Assembly: GCA_963802945.1 (NCBI GenBank)
Contig: CAWDKY010000030.1
Coordinates: forward strand, 64,001 to 128,000
Source: an uncultured delta proteobacterium
GTDB taxonomy: Bacteria > Desulfobacterota > RBG-13-43-22
Direction of reading: 5' to 3'
Length of the DNA stretch: 64,000 nucleotides
In this document: positions 19,200 to 27,697 of the stretch, in pieces
Position numbering within the stretch: the stretch's first letter is position 1
Layout of the letters: the number at the start of each line of letters is the position of its first letter
The notes under the pieces: generated by a model
Told to the model about the DNA's origin: nothing
Seen by the model: only the letters and a program-made list of their open reading frames with translations
Databases searched by the model: none
Position numbers and translations under genes: made by a program

Positions 19200-20327
19200 C
19201 TACTGGATACGAAGACCCTCTTTTTCAAAAAGCACCTTTCCAAACCCGTAGAGTTCCTTCTTGATCCGATTATATACGGGTAACCCTATAAAGAAGTTAA
19301 AGATCTCATCCGTTTTCTTTGCCGGTTCAATATCCGCAAAATGCGTAGGATAGAGTATTCTCCCTATAAAATAAGCGTCGGCAATCATGATTTCTATGTT
19401 GGTATGATAATAATTATAGGGCAGGGTGAGAAATACCCTATTTTTCTGTACAGCGGAAAGGCGTCTATAAAACCCTGCATTCCGGCGATAATCGGATTGG
19501 ACCATCTCCAGGCCCCCGGCATCGATGAATATGAACTCTGGGTTCCAGAGAAGAAGCTTTTCAGGATCAATGTAATTATGGCCGGTCCGGCCGATTTCAT
19601 TAGCCACGTTTCGGGCTTGGACCCATTCAAGAGGCAGGTAAAAAGCCTCGGTACTGGTTAGACCATGCACCCCCTTGAAGCCGATGGCCCCCACATAGGC
19701 CCGGGGACGTAAGCCATCCGGGATATCGGAGGTTCTGTCTCTGAGATCCTTTTCAGACTTCTTGATAAAGGCGATAACTTCTTCGGCCCGAGCACTTTTA
19801 TCCAGAAACTTTCCGGCCAGCCGCAGGGATCCGAAGATATTTTCCTTGTCCAAACCTCCTCCGGGAGAGCCATAGCTCAGCACCACCACAGGAATTCCAG
19901 TCTTTTGCTGAATGGTTTCGACCTGGGCAAGGTCTACTCCCATGGCCAGGATCAGATCAGGTCTGACAGCGATGATCTTTTCAAAATCCGGCAGTTTCCC
20001 AGGTCCTCCCTCCCCGATGTCCGGTAAGGATTGAGCAATTTTTTCAACGGCCAGGCTGTACACCCGGGTGGTAGGTAATGGTTTCTGTTTTTCCAATCTT
20101 TCCACACCGGCAACTTTATCAAGGGCCTGAAGGTAGACTACAAAACGCAAGGCCCCACCTAAGGGTACGATCCGGCTGACTCTTTGAGGGATGCGCACTG
20201 ACCTTCCCGCCATGTCCTTTATGGTGAGATTTTCCTTTGCGGCCAGGACCTGAACATTGGAATAAATCAAGCAACCAAGTATGATCCCTAACATTAAGAT
20301 ATTCGAACGCCTCAAATAACCCGCCAT
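19200..20327 (-). CDS. Metal-chelate ABC substrate-binding protein (FecB/BtuF type)
   Basis: IKDMAGRSVRIP..VSRIV, DFEKIIAVRPDLI, EKLLLWNPEFIF, LSAVQKNRV. Confidence 0.9.
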   Translation of the reverse strand: MAGYLRRSNILMLGIILGCLIYSNVQVLAAKENLTIKDMAGRSVRIPQRVSRIVPLGGALRFVVYLQALDKVAGVERLEKQKPLPTTRVYSLAVEKIAQSLPDIGEGGPGKLPDFEKIIAVRPDLILAMGVDLAQVETIQQKTGIPVVVLSYGSPGGGLDKENIFGSLRLAGKFLDKSARAEEVIAFIKKSEKDLRDRTSDIPDGLRPRAYVGAIGFKGVHGLTSTEAFYLPLEWVQARNVANEIGRTGHNYIDPEKLLLWNPEFIFIDAGGLEMVQSDYRRNAGFYRRLSAVQKNRVFLTLPYNYYHTNIEIMIADAYFIGRILYPTHFADIEPAKKTDEIFNFFIGLPVYNRIKKELYGFGKVLFEKEGLRIQ

Positions 20328-21103
20328 ACAATAACCCCCTCTTCTACATAGGTGCGATGACGCACCCTGCCGTTTACCTCCATTTGGGAAACCACATCCC
20401 GTATGAGCTTTCTTTGGGCAGGGTGTCCGGTAAGCTCGATATGACCGGCCAGATCTTCAAGGGTTTCATCGACCGTGCCTTCCCAGTCCCAGAAGGTGTT
20501 TATGAAATCAAGGCTCGAAGACCAGCCTGTTTTTTTCAGCAGATTGTAAATGATCAAAGCTCCCGGCGGTGGTCCGAAAGGCAGACTGTGTATTCGGAAG
20601 ACCTCTTCCATTAAGGTGTTTTTCCGTTTATTGCCCCAACCTACATAGACGCACCACTGTTTGGAACAAAGCATCATCTTTTTAACATCTTCTTCGTCAC
20701 AGACCGCCATGGACATGGACGTCCAAACGATATCGAAACTCCTGAGGAATCCCTGCAAGGAGACGTCAAGGGAGTCCCAGGATGCCTGGAGATGATCCCA
20801 ATTATGGATGCCGTGCCTTTGGGCTTCCTCCTCAAACAGGCCCAGCATCTTTTCTGAGATATCGACCCCGGTAACCTTCAAGGCCTTGCGGGCCAGCGGC
20901 AAGGTATAGATACCCGTACCGCAACCGATGTCGAGAATGTCGGCCCCTGCGGTTTCAACCCCCTTACTTGTAACCAGGGATATAACCTCTTCGGTTTTTT
21001 TGAGATTTTCAGGGTCAAAAGGTAAGGGATACTTCTTGGCCTTCATCTCCCAAAAATTTCTGAAACGGTCCTCCCGGAACCTGGCTTCCCTTTCAGTATC
21101 CAT
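20312..21103 (-). CDS. Class I SAM-dependent methyltransferase
   Basis: ILDIGCGTG, VTGVDISEKML, FDIV. Confidence 0.9.
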   Translation of the reverse strand: MDTEREARFREDRFRNFWEMKAKKYPLPFDPENLKKTEEVISLVTSKGVETAGADILDIGCGTGIYTLPLARKALKVTGVDISEKMLGLFEEEAQRHGIHNWDHLQASWDSLDVSLQGFLRSFDIVWTSMSMAVCDEEDVKKMMLCSKQWCVYVGWGNKRKNTLMEEVFRIHSLPFGPPPGALIIYNLLKKTGWSSSLDFINTFWDWEGTVDETLEDLAGHIELTGHPAQRKLIRDVVSQMEVNGRVRHRTYVEEGVIVWRVI

Positions 21104-21113
21104 ACCATTTCCT

Positions 21114-23210
21114 CTAAAAAGTGAGTTTTATAGCTGTACCAATTACCCTGCCCAGCGAAGGGTACCCCAGGACCTCTTGGTATTGTTTGTCAAAGAGATT
21201 TTCAACATACAAGCTTAGTTCGACGTGTTTCATCAGTGGTATTTTGAGTTCCACATCAGCGGTAATAAACGAATCCAGGGTCATGAGTTTGTAGTTTGTC
21301 GTTTGCGGCCATCCCCAGCCGGTGCTGTAAGTATAAATGGTCTTCTGTTCCCCCACGTAACGGGCAGTCGTGTTTAACAGCATCTTATAAGGAAGCTTCC
21401 AGTCCAGCCCTAGACTTCCCTTCCATTCAGGCAAGTAATCAAGTTCATCCGTAAGGTGGGCCGTATCGAAAGGATCTCCTTCTTTTTTGCTTTTCTGGTA
21501 GGTTAGGTTGGCCTTGGCAGAAAGCCAACCGGTAATATCTGTTCGGCCCTCAACAGAACCGCCCCATAAGGTGACCTTGTCAATATTATAGGTCCCTTGC
21601 CAATTTGGGTCGAATCGCATATATATAAAATTATCTATGTTGTAATAGTAGGTGGAGAGACGCACGGAACTCTTTTTCCCAAAATTATGCTGATAGATAA
21701 GCTCCCCGGCGGTGTTTTTCTCAGGTTGAAGAACGGGGTTTCCGTGGGTCTGCCCGGTAGCCCACCAATACATCTCCGGTAGGTTAGGGGTTCTTAGGGC
21801 CTGGTATACTGACGCCGTCAGTGTGTCAGAAGGAGTTATTTTGAAGGTACCGGTCAGCTTCGGAGAAAATCCATCATCATTCAGTTCAGGAATTGTACTG
21901 CCGTTTATGGGAATCAGATGGTAGATATCATATCTTAATCCCAAGGTTGCTGTGAACCAGTCGGACATTTTCCAGGTGTCCTGAGCATAATATCCCCAAT
22001 TTTTGCCTTCCTGCGACGGAGCATAGCCGCTATAAGGCTGCCCGTTATATGTGGTATCGACATAATTTACAATAGTATTACCGAAGGCCAAGACCTTATA
22101 GTCCACACCCATAATCAGCTCATGCTTCCCAAGCGGTATCGTCCCCTTTAAATTTCCTCCATAGGACCGGTCGGATTCAACGGTCCTGTCGAGCACGAGG
22201 ATCCCATCGGGATAACCGCTTACTACGGAACTCGACGAGTAGTTTTTTTCCCTTCTGTCCTCTATGTTCTTATAAACCTTGAACTCCACCAGCGCATCGC
22301 CAATGGGCTGCTTATAGCCCAAATCAAGATAATATTTTGTCTTGTCCCATTGGGCATCAGGTCCGGGGGTGGAGACATTTCCCATATAGGGGGATAGGGT
22401 TTCTCCAAAGGCGAGGGGATAGTTCGGATTTTTTTTTACGAAAAAATTGGGATTGGTCGGGTCGTCTGATAACCTGTTCTCCCGAATAAAACCCCGCACG
22501 GTATTGTTGTATTGGAGTCCCAGGGACAGCTCCCCCCGAAGCGGCATATCCAGATATAGCGATCCGGCAAAATTTTTGGCCTCAAAATCATTGTTCCATA
22601 GAAAAGGGTCTCCCTTCTGGTAACTGGCGGCCAGGGAATACCCCAGAGGTCCGATTTTGTAAGTATGGGTCAGACGGTAGTTCTGGATGCCTTCGCCGTC
22701 TTGCCCAATCCCGTAGTTCCCGTAAAAAGTCAGTGTGGGGGTTTCCGTGGGTCTTTGGGTTACCACATTGATTACACCTCCAAGAGCATTGTTGCCATAA
22801 ATGGCCGAACTTCCCCCCTTGATTATTTCAATCCGTTCAATGTTGTCGAGAGGGATGGTGCCCCAGTCAATGAAGTAACCGCCCACTACCCCTGCTGCAT
22901 TTACCGGTCTGCCGTCGATGTTCAACAAGATTCTGTCCCCAGACAAACCCCGGATCGATAAAATATCAGCCGTATCGCCGATGCTGGCCCTTCTGTGCAA
23001 ATCAATATCGGGTTCGTTTTTTAATACATCGGGGATGTTAACGTTCTTTCCCCGTTCAATGGTCTCCTTCCCGACCACGGTCGCTGCGGGTTCGGAGGAA
23101 ATAGAATCCGTTACCACGATCTCCTCCAGCGTAAGATGATCAACCTCCGTAGCCCATCCGAAGCTGGCAAACAAAGAAAACAATATGGTGAATAAAATAA
23201 TAACAGGCAT
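21114..23210 (-). CDS. TonB-dependent receptor
   Basis: TonB box LEEIVVT, IERIEIIKGGSSAIYGNNALGGVINVVT, NPVLQPEK, VENLFDKQY, terminal F. Confidence 0.93.
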   Translation of the reverse strand: MPVIILFTILFSLFASFGWATEVDHLTLEEIVVTDSISSEPAATVVGKETIERGKNVNIPDVLKNEPDIDLHRRASIGDTADILSIRGLSGDRILLNIDGRPVNAAGVVGGYFIDWGTIPLDNIERIEIIKGGSSAIYGNNALGGVINVVTQRPTETPTLTFYGNYGIGQDGEGIQNYRLTHTYKIGPLGYSLAASYQKGDPFLWNNDFEAKNFAGSLYLDMPLRGELSLGLQYNNTVRGFIRENRLSDDPTNPNFFVKKNPNYPLAFGETLSPYMGNVSTPGPDAQWDKTKYYLDLGYKQPIGDALVEFKVYKNIEDRREKNYSSSSVVSGYPDGILVLDRTVESDRSYGGNLKGTIPLGKHELIMGVDYKVLAFGNTIVNYVDTTYNGQPYSGYAPSQEGKNWGYYAQDTWKMSDWFTATLGLRYDIYHLIPINGSTIPELNDDGFSPKLTGTFKITPSDTLTASVYQALRTPNLPEMYWWATGQTHGNPVLQPEKNTAGELIYQHNFGKKSSVRLSTYYYNIDNFIYMRFDPNWQGTYNIDKVTLWGGSVEGRTDITGWLSAKANLTYQKSKKEGDPFDTAHLTDELDYLPEWKGSLGLDWKLPYKMLLNTTARYVGEQKTIYTYSTGWGWPQTTNYKLMTLDSFITADVELKIPLMKHVELSLYVENLFDKQYQEVLGYPSLGRVIGTAIKLTF

Positions 23211-23531
23211 TAGGCATCTCCTTTTTTGTTTTAATTTTCACCCCCTTTCTGATATATTTTTATAAGGGAGCGAAGTGTTTTGTAGCGTTTCCCTGCAGAC
23301 AGGGCGCTACCGGCTAAAGGTTCCCGCCCTGTCTGCCTTCTCTTAACTTTTTAGGGTATTAACCCTGTCTCAATAAGCATCATTTCCTTCTTCTTCCCAA
23401 AAAAAACTTAGGCATCAGGTTATTCCTCCCATCCAGGTGTATATTCCCACCGCTTTTTCCCCCCGGTGGCTTAAGTTAATATGGGGATACCGTTTTTGGG
23501 TTAAACCAGAAGTGGTCTTCTTAAAACCCTT

Positions 23532-24146
23532 TTAATACCGTCTTTCCATATCTTCAAAACAAGGGATACACAGTACCTTTTCCTGAAAACGCCGTGTTCG
23601 TGTCTCCATGACTGCCTCACCACACGAGTCACAGATCAAACTGGACAGGATCCGGGCTTTCCTGGGAGCAGGTTCGGATGGGGTCTTGATTTCAAAGAGT
23701 TTGTTAAAATCAGCTTCCATAATATGCCGGGAGATTCGCTCCTGGCTTTCCTGCCAAGTCTTCTCTTCCTCTTCAGTCAAGCCCTCTTGCTGCATCTTTC
23801 GAAAAAACTCTTTGAGGATCGGTCCGGATTCTCCAAAAATATCTGGACGGGCTATCAGCCGGGCTGATTTACCGTCCCGTCTCCGGTAGAAGGTAAAGGC
23901 GTTTTTCCCGAAGTCCTTGTGAATCAAGTTGCCCTTGCCAAAGGTGCAGCCGGTTAAAAATTGTATGGCGTCTACGCCACACATGTCGGTTTCCACTACG
24001 GCCACAATTTCTTCGTCCGAGGCCTTGCCCATTTCCTCAACGGCCCACTGGGCAGCCCGGATTCCAACGGCCAGTCCAGGACACCAATGGCCGTGAAAAG
24101 AGATTGTTTGTTCGATGCGTTGGGGATTTATTGGTGCAGCGCTCAT
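23532..24146 (-). CDS. FmdE-family protein with C-terminal zinc finger
   Basis: FHGHWCPGLAVG, ETDMCGVDAIQFLTGCTFGKGNL, CDSCGE..CIPC; ATG 24146 after AAGGAG. Confidence 0.92.
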   Translation of the reverse strand: MSAAPINPQRIEQTISFHGHWCPGLAVGIRAAQWAVEEMGKASDEEIVAVVETDMCGVDAIQFLTGCTFGKGNLIHKDFGKNAFTFYRRRDGKSARLIARPDIFGESGPILKEFFRKMQQEGLTEEEEKTWQESQERISRHIMEADFNKLFEIKTPSEPAPRKARILSSLICDSCGEAVMETRTRRFQEKVLCIPCFEDMERRY

Positions 24147-24169
24147 AAATTTCTCCTTAATAAAGTCCA

Positions 24170-24357
24170 TTATTCTTCAAAATAAATTTTGTGATTGACC
24201 AGGTTCATCATTTTGATTCGAGCCTTTATGGTTTTCTGATCTCCAAAGATGTCTAACAGACGAAACTTATCAGATCCTTCAGGCTCGATCACATCCACAG
24301 ATTCCATAAGAAGCTCCTCCTCCCCCCTTTAACCAAATACGCATTGGATTCACACAT
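24170..24357 (-). CDS. cooT: CooT-family nickel-binding protein (one base missing in a G6 run at 24322-24327)
   Basis: With one G restored: MCESNAYLVKGGEEELLMESVDVIEPEGSDKFRLLDIFGDQKTIKARIKMMNLVNHKIYFEE (62 aa); Cys2, DIFG and the late His; strong AAGGAGG RBS; not in ORF track. Confidence 0.88.
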
Positions 24358-24419
24358 CTTTCAATTCCTCCTTCCCCGCCAATCACATACACGCTTGGTC
24401 GGCATAACTATTTATATCG

Positions 24420-24526
24420 AAAAAAAAAGCCACGAAAACCGAGCTGCTTCTTGCAGCTTTGGCCTTCGTGGCCCTGTTTAAAACAACTTCTTATAATTTA
24501 AATTACCAGTAGTGTGCCTTCTTGGC
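24420..24526 (-). promoter_or_regulatory. Structured leader/attenuator B (ANGAA hairpins plus intrinsic terminator)
   Basis: Minus strand: GCC-AAGAA-GGC (24526-16), GGCC-ACGAA-GGCC (24473-61), terminator GCCACGAA..AGCTGC-AAGAA-GCAGCT..TTCGTGGC plus T9; TTGACA..TAACCT upstream. Confidence 0.75.
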
Positions 24527-24833
24527 GTTCCTTGTTATAAAAGAGGTTACCTTAATCACTTGGTGAATGTCAATAAAAAATTCCCCGATTATTCCCTTTG
24601 ATCTCCTTTCCTTACTTCTTTTATAATCCGGCCATTTCAAAAATAATTTGATAGAAGTGTCTTTTTGATAAGAAGAGCATAACATAAGAAAAAAAAGCGA
24701 AAGGTAATTGGATGAAAAAATTTTCTTGACAATTGCGCAATTTCCATTAAGTTGTCCCTTAATATAGTAGGCTTGTTAAAAAAAATGGTTCACAGTTTGC
24801 TTTTCTTTACCTGAGAGTTATCATTTTAAGCTA

Positions 24834-25121
24834 ATGAATAGAAAATTTGCGTTATTCCTGCTCCTCTGTTTTTCTCTCTCCATTCTGGGGCTCGCCTTTC
24901 ATCACCATCAGGATGGAGTCCCCCATGACGACTGTTCCATCTGTTTTAATGTCGCCCACCAGGCAAATTTGGCTTTTGTTGATGTTCCTCAAATCGCACT
25001 ACCAACTTTCTATATTTCCCTTATCTCTTTAGAAAACACGACCAACTTATCCTATCTTTTTTGCTCTCCATACTCAAAACGAGCTCCCCCGCGTAGTTTC
25101 CAAACGCCAAAACGACTTTGA
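24834..25121 (+). CDS. DUF2946-like leader protein (signal/TM, His-rich CxxC, RAPP)
   Basis: Hydrophobic N-terminus, HHHQDGVPHDDCSICFNVAH, C-terminal KRAPP. Confidence 0.75.
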   Translation: MNRKFALFLLLCFSLSILGLAFHHHQDGVPHDDCSICFNVAHQANLAFVDVPQIALPTFYISLISLENTTNLSYLFCSPYSKRAPPRSFQTPKRL

Positions 25122-25176
25122 TCTAAGAAACCAAGAGACATTTCATCAGAAAAACTGAATAAGGAGAGGTGCCATC

Positions 25177-26688
25177 ATGAAAACCATGATTACACTCGTC
25201 ATAGTGCTATTTTTATCATTTTCGACAAGCTTGTCTGCTCAGACCTTGGAAGACCGACTAAAAACCCTTGAGGAGACTCTCAAAAAACAGGAACAAACCC
25301 TCTCTGAGCAACGAAAGTTGTTTGAAGAATTAAAAGCAGAACAGCCACAGTCTCCTGCTTCCCCTGGTCAGACTTGGGAAGATCGACTAAAAACCCTTGA
25401 GGAGACTCTCAAAAAACAGGAACAAACCCTCTCTGAGCAACGAAAGTTGTTTGAAGGATTAAAAGCAGAACAGCCACGGCCCCCTGTTTCCTCCGCTGGC
25501 GCCACGACGAATCAGACCGTGGCGCCGGTGCAGTTACAGCAGCAAGTACAGGAGTTGACGGAGAAGGTGGATCAAGTGGTCGAAGCGCAGAAGAAGACCC
25601 TTCCCAGTGAGTTCAATCCTTCCATCGGGCTCGTGGGTGAAACAGTTTTCTCTTACAACAATAAGGGAATGAATGAAACAGGCAGCGCCCGGCCCGGCGG
25701 GTTCGATGTATTCCAACGTTCGGTGGAACTGAACCTGGCTGCCTCGGTCGATCCCTTTGCCCGCGGTTATGCGGTGATCAATGCTTCCGCCGACCCGATT
25801 ACCGGCGAATCAACCGCGACAGTGGAGGAGGCCGCCCTCGTCACGACCTCACTGCCCTGGAACCTGACGGTTCAGGCGGGACGATTCTTCGCTGAATTCG
25901 GTCGGTTGGCCTACATCCACGATCATGAACTGCCCGTTGTGAACCGTCCGTTGGTGCTCGATCAATACATCGGCGGCGAATCAAAAACAGACGGGGTACA
26001 GATCAACTACCTGCTGCCGATCCCGCATTACGTGAGCCTGACCGTAGGCGCGGGCGATCAGTTTGGCGACACACCCAATAATGTCGGCGATTTTCGTGAT
26101 TTCAGCGGGTTGAATTTTTGGGGCCGCGCCTCCACCTATTTCAACCTGACCCCCGATATCTCCTTCGAACCCGGCCTTTCAGGGCTGTGGAATCCGAGTG
26201 CCAATGACCGTGGCGGCGCGCTTCTCCAACCCGATGGCAGCACGTTTTACGAACGTGAGCGCCGCTTGTACGGAGCAGACTTCGTGCTGAGCTGGCGGCC
26301 GCTGCGCAACAATCAGTTCCAGAGCATCACCTGGGGAACCGAAGTGCTTTACAGCGACAACCGCTATGACGTTACTTCAGCAGGCAGCGACCTGGTCAGC
26401 CGCTCCGTGGGCTCCTTGGGCCTGTATTCATATCTGGCTTACAAGTTCCATCGGCAATGGACAGCCGGGTTCGCCTTTGACTGGGTGGAGAACGCGCAGA
26501 ATAATGATGCAAAAACCTCAGCCTACTCGGCCTACCTCACCTGGTCCTTGAGCCACTGGAATCAACTGCGCCTTCAATACACCCACACCGACAACAATGC
26601 CGCAACCGGCCTGCAAACCAATGATGCCGTTTATCTGCAATGGACCTGGATCATCGGCTCACATTCACATGGGTGGCAGCAACGCTGA
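25177..26688 (+). CDS. Outer-membrane beta-barrel protein linked to a Zn/Mn-type ABC transporter
   Basis: Signal peptide, coiled coil, FNPSIGL..VELNLAASVDPF..VEEA..GRFFAEFGRL..HDHE, amphipathic strands, C-terminal IGSHSHGW. Confidence 0.75.
   Translation: MKTMITLVIVLFLSFSTSLSAQTLEDRLKTLEETLKKQEQTLSEQRKLFEELKAEQPQSPASPGQTWEDRLKTLEETLKKQEQTLSEQRKLFEGLKAEQPRPPVSSAGATTNQTVAPVQLQQQVQELTEKVDQVVEAQKKTLPSEFNPSIGLVGETVFSYNNKGMNETGSARPGGFDVFQRSVELNLAASVDPFARGYAVINASADPITGESTATVEEAALVTTSLPWNLTVQAGRFFAEFGRLAYIHDHELPVVNRPLVLDQYIGGESKTDGVQINYLLPIPHYVSLTVGAGDQFGDTPNNVGDFRDFSGLNFWGRASTYFNLTPDISFEPGLSGLWNPSANDRGGALLQPDGSTFYERERRLYGADFVLSWRPLRNNQFQSITWGTEVLYSDNRYDVTSAGSDLVSRSVGSLGLYSYLAYKFHRQWTAGFAFDWVENAQNNDAKTSAYSAYLTWSLSHWNQLRLQYTHTDNNAATGLQTNDAVYLQWTWIIGSHSHGWQQR
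25239..25496 (+). repeat. In-frame 129-bp tandem duplication (2 copies)
   Basis: QT(L/W)EDRLKTLEETLKKQEQTLSEQRKLFE(E/G)LKAEQP repeated; DNA units start at 25239 and 25368. Confidence 0.95.
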
Positions 26689-26710
26689 CCCTGAAAAGGA
26701 GGAACTCAAC

Positions 26711-27643
26711 ATGAAATCTAAATTATTCAGTTTCATAGCGATCATCGCGCTCACCGGGGTATTGTCCGGGTGGGCAATGCCTGCTCAGGCGGCTAAAATC
26801 CGCATTGTCACGACGCTGACTGACTTAGCGGACTTTGCCCGCGCCGTCGGCGGCGACCTGGTCGAAGTCCGCAGCTTGGCCACGGGCGTCGAAGATACCC
26901 ACGGGGTCCCGATGAAACCAAGCTTCGTGCCGATAATGAACCGGGCGGACCTTTTGGTCCTGGTGGGGTTCGATTGCGAGCACGCCTTCCTGCCCGCACT
27001 GCTGGAAGCCAGCAAGAATCCGCGTATCCAAATCGGCACCTCCGGCTACGTGGACTGCTCGAGGGGCATCATCCCCCGCGATGTGCCCAAGTCGACCGAT
27101 CACTACCAGGGCGACGTACATCCTTACGGCAACCCACACTACGTGCTCGACCCGGTATTGGCCAAGACCGCTATCGAGAACATCTACAACGCCCTGGTAA
27201 CCTTCGCCCCAGAGTATAAAGGAGAATTCACGCGCAACCGCGATGCCTACCTCGCCAGGCTCAACGCCAAGATTACCGAGTGGGAGAAGGAAGTCAAACC
27301 GCTTAAAGGCGTGAAGTTCGTATCCTATCACGAGCATTGGCCCTACTTCGCAGAGCGCTTTGGCCTGGATTATTTCGGTACGATAGAACTGAAGCCGGGC
27401 ATTGATCCGACTGCACGTCATATTGAGGAATTGATCACTGAGATGAAAGCCAAGCATGTTCCTATTGTCGTGCGCGAGCCGCAGTTTCCCGAAAAGGTGC
27501 CGAAACGCATCGCCGAACAGACCGGTGCGACCATGATTACGCTGCCCATCATGCCGGGCGCCGTACCCCAAACAGAGACGTACATTAAGATGATGGACTA
27601 TATCGTTCACACCATGGTCACCGCTGCGCAAGGCAGGACATAA
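26711..27643 (+). CDS. ZnuA/TroA-family metal-binding protein
   Basis: EDTHGV, GDVHPYGNPHYVLDP, SYHEHWPYF; ATG 26711 after AAGGAGG. Confidence 0.92.
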   Translation: MKSKLFSFIAIIALTGVLSGWAMPAQAAKIRIVTTLTDLADFARAVGGDLVEVRSLATGVEDTHGVPMKPSFVPIMNRADLLVLVGFDCEHAFLPALLEASKNPRIQIGTSGYVDCSRGIIPRDVPKSTDHYQGDVHPYGNPHYVLDPVLAKTAIENIYNALVTFAPEYKGEFTRNRDAYLARLNAKITEWEKEVKPLKGVKFVSYHEHWPYFAERFGLDYFGTIELKPGIDPTARHIEELITEMKAKHVPIVVREPQFPEKVPKRIAEQTGATMITLPIMPGAVPQTETYIKMMDYIVHTMVTAAQGRT

Positions 27644-27697
27644 ACCTAAAAGGAGCGGGCTCCATCCATGCCTTGTCCTGGTGGAGCCCATTAGCAC

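Noticed and set aside
27657-27689. Hairpin GGGCTCCA..TGGAGCCC after the ZnuA-type gene as a terminator or switch
   Set aside because: No U-tract; an ordinary stabilising stem-loop after a binding-protein gene is sufficient explanation.
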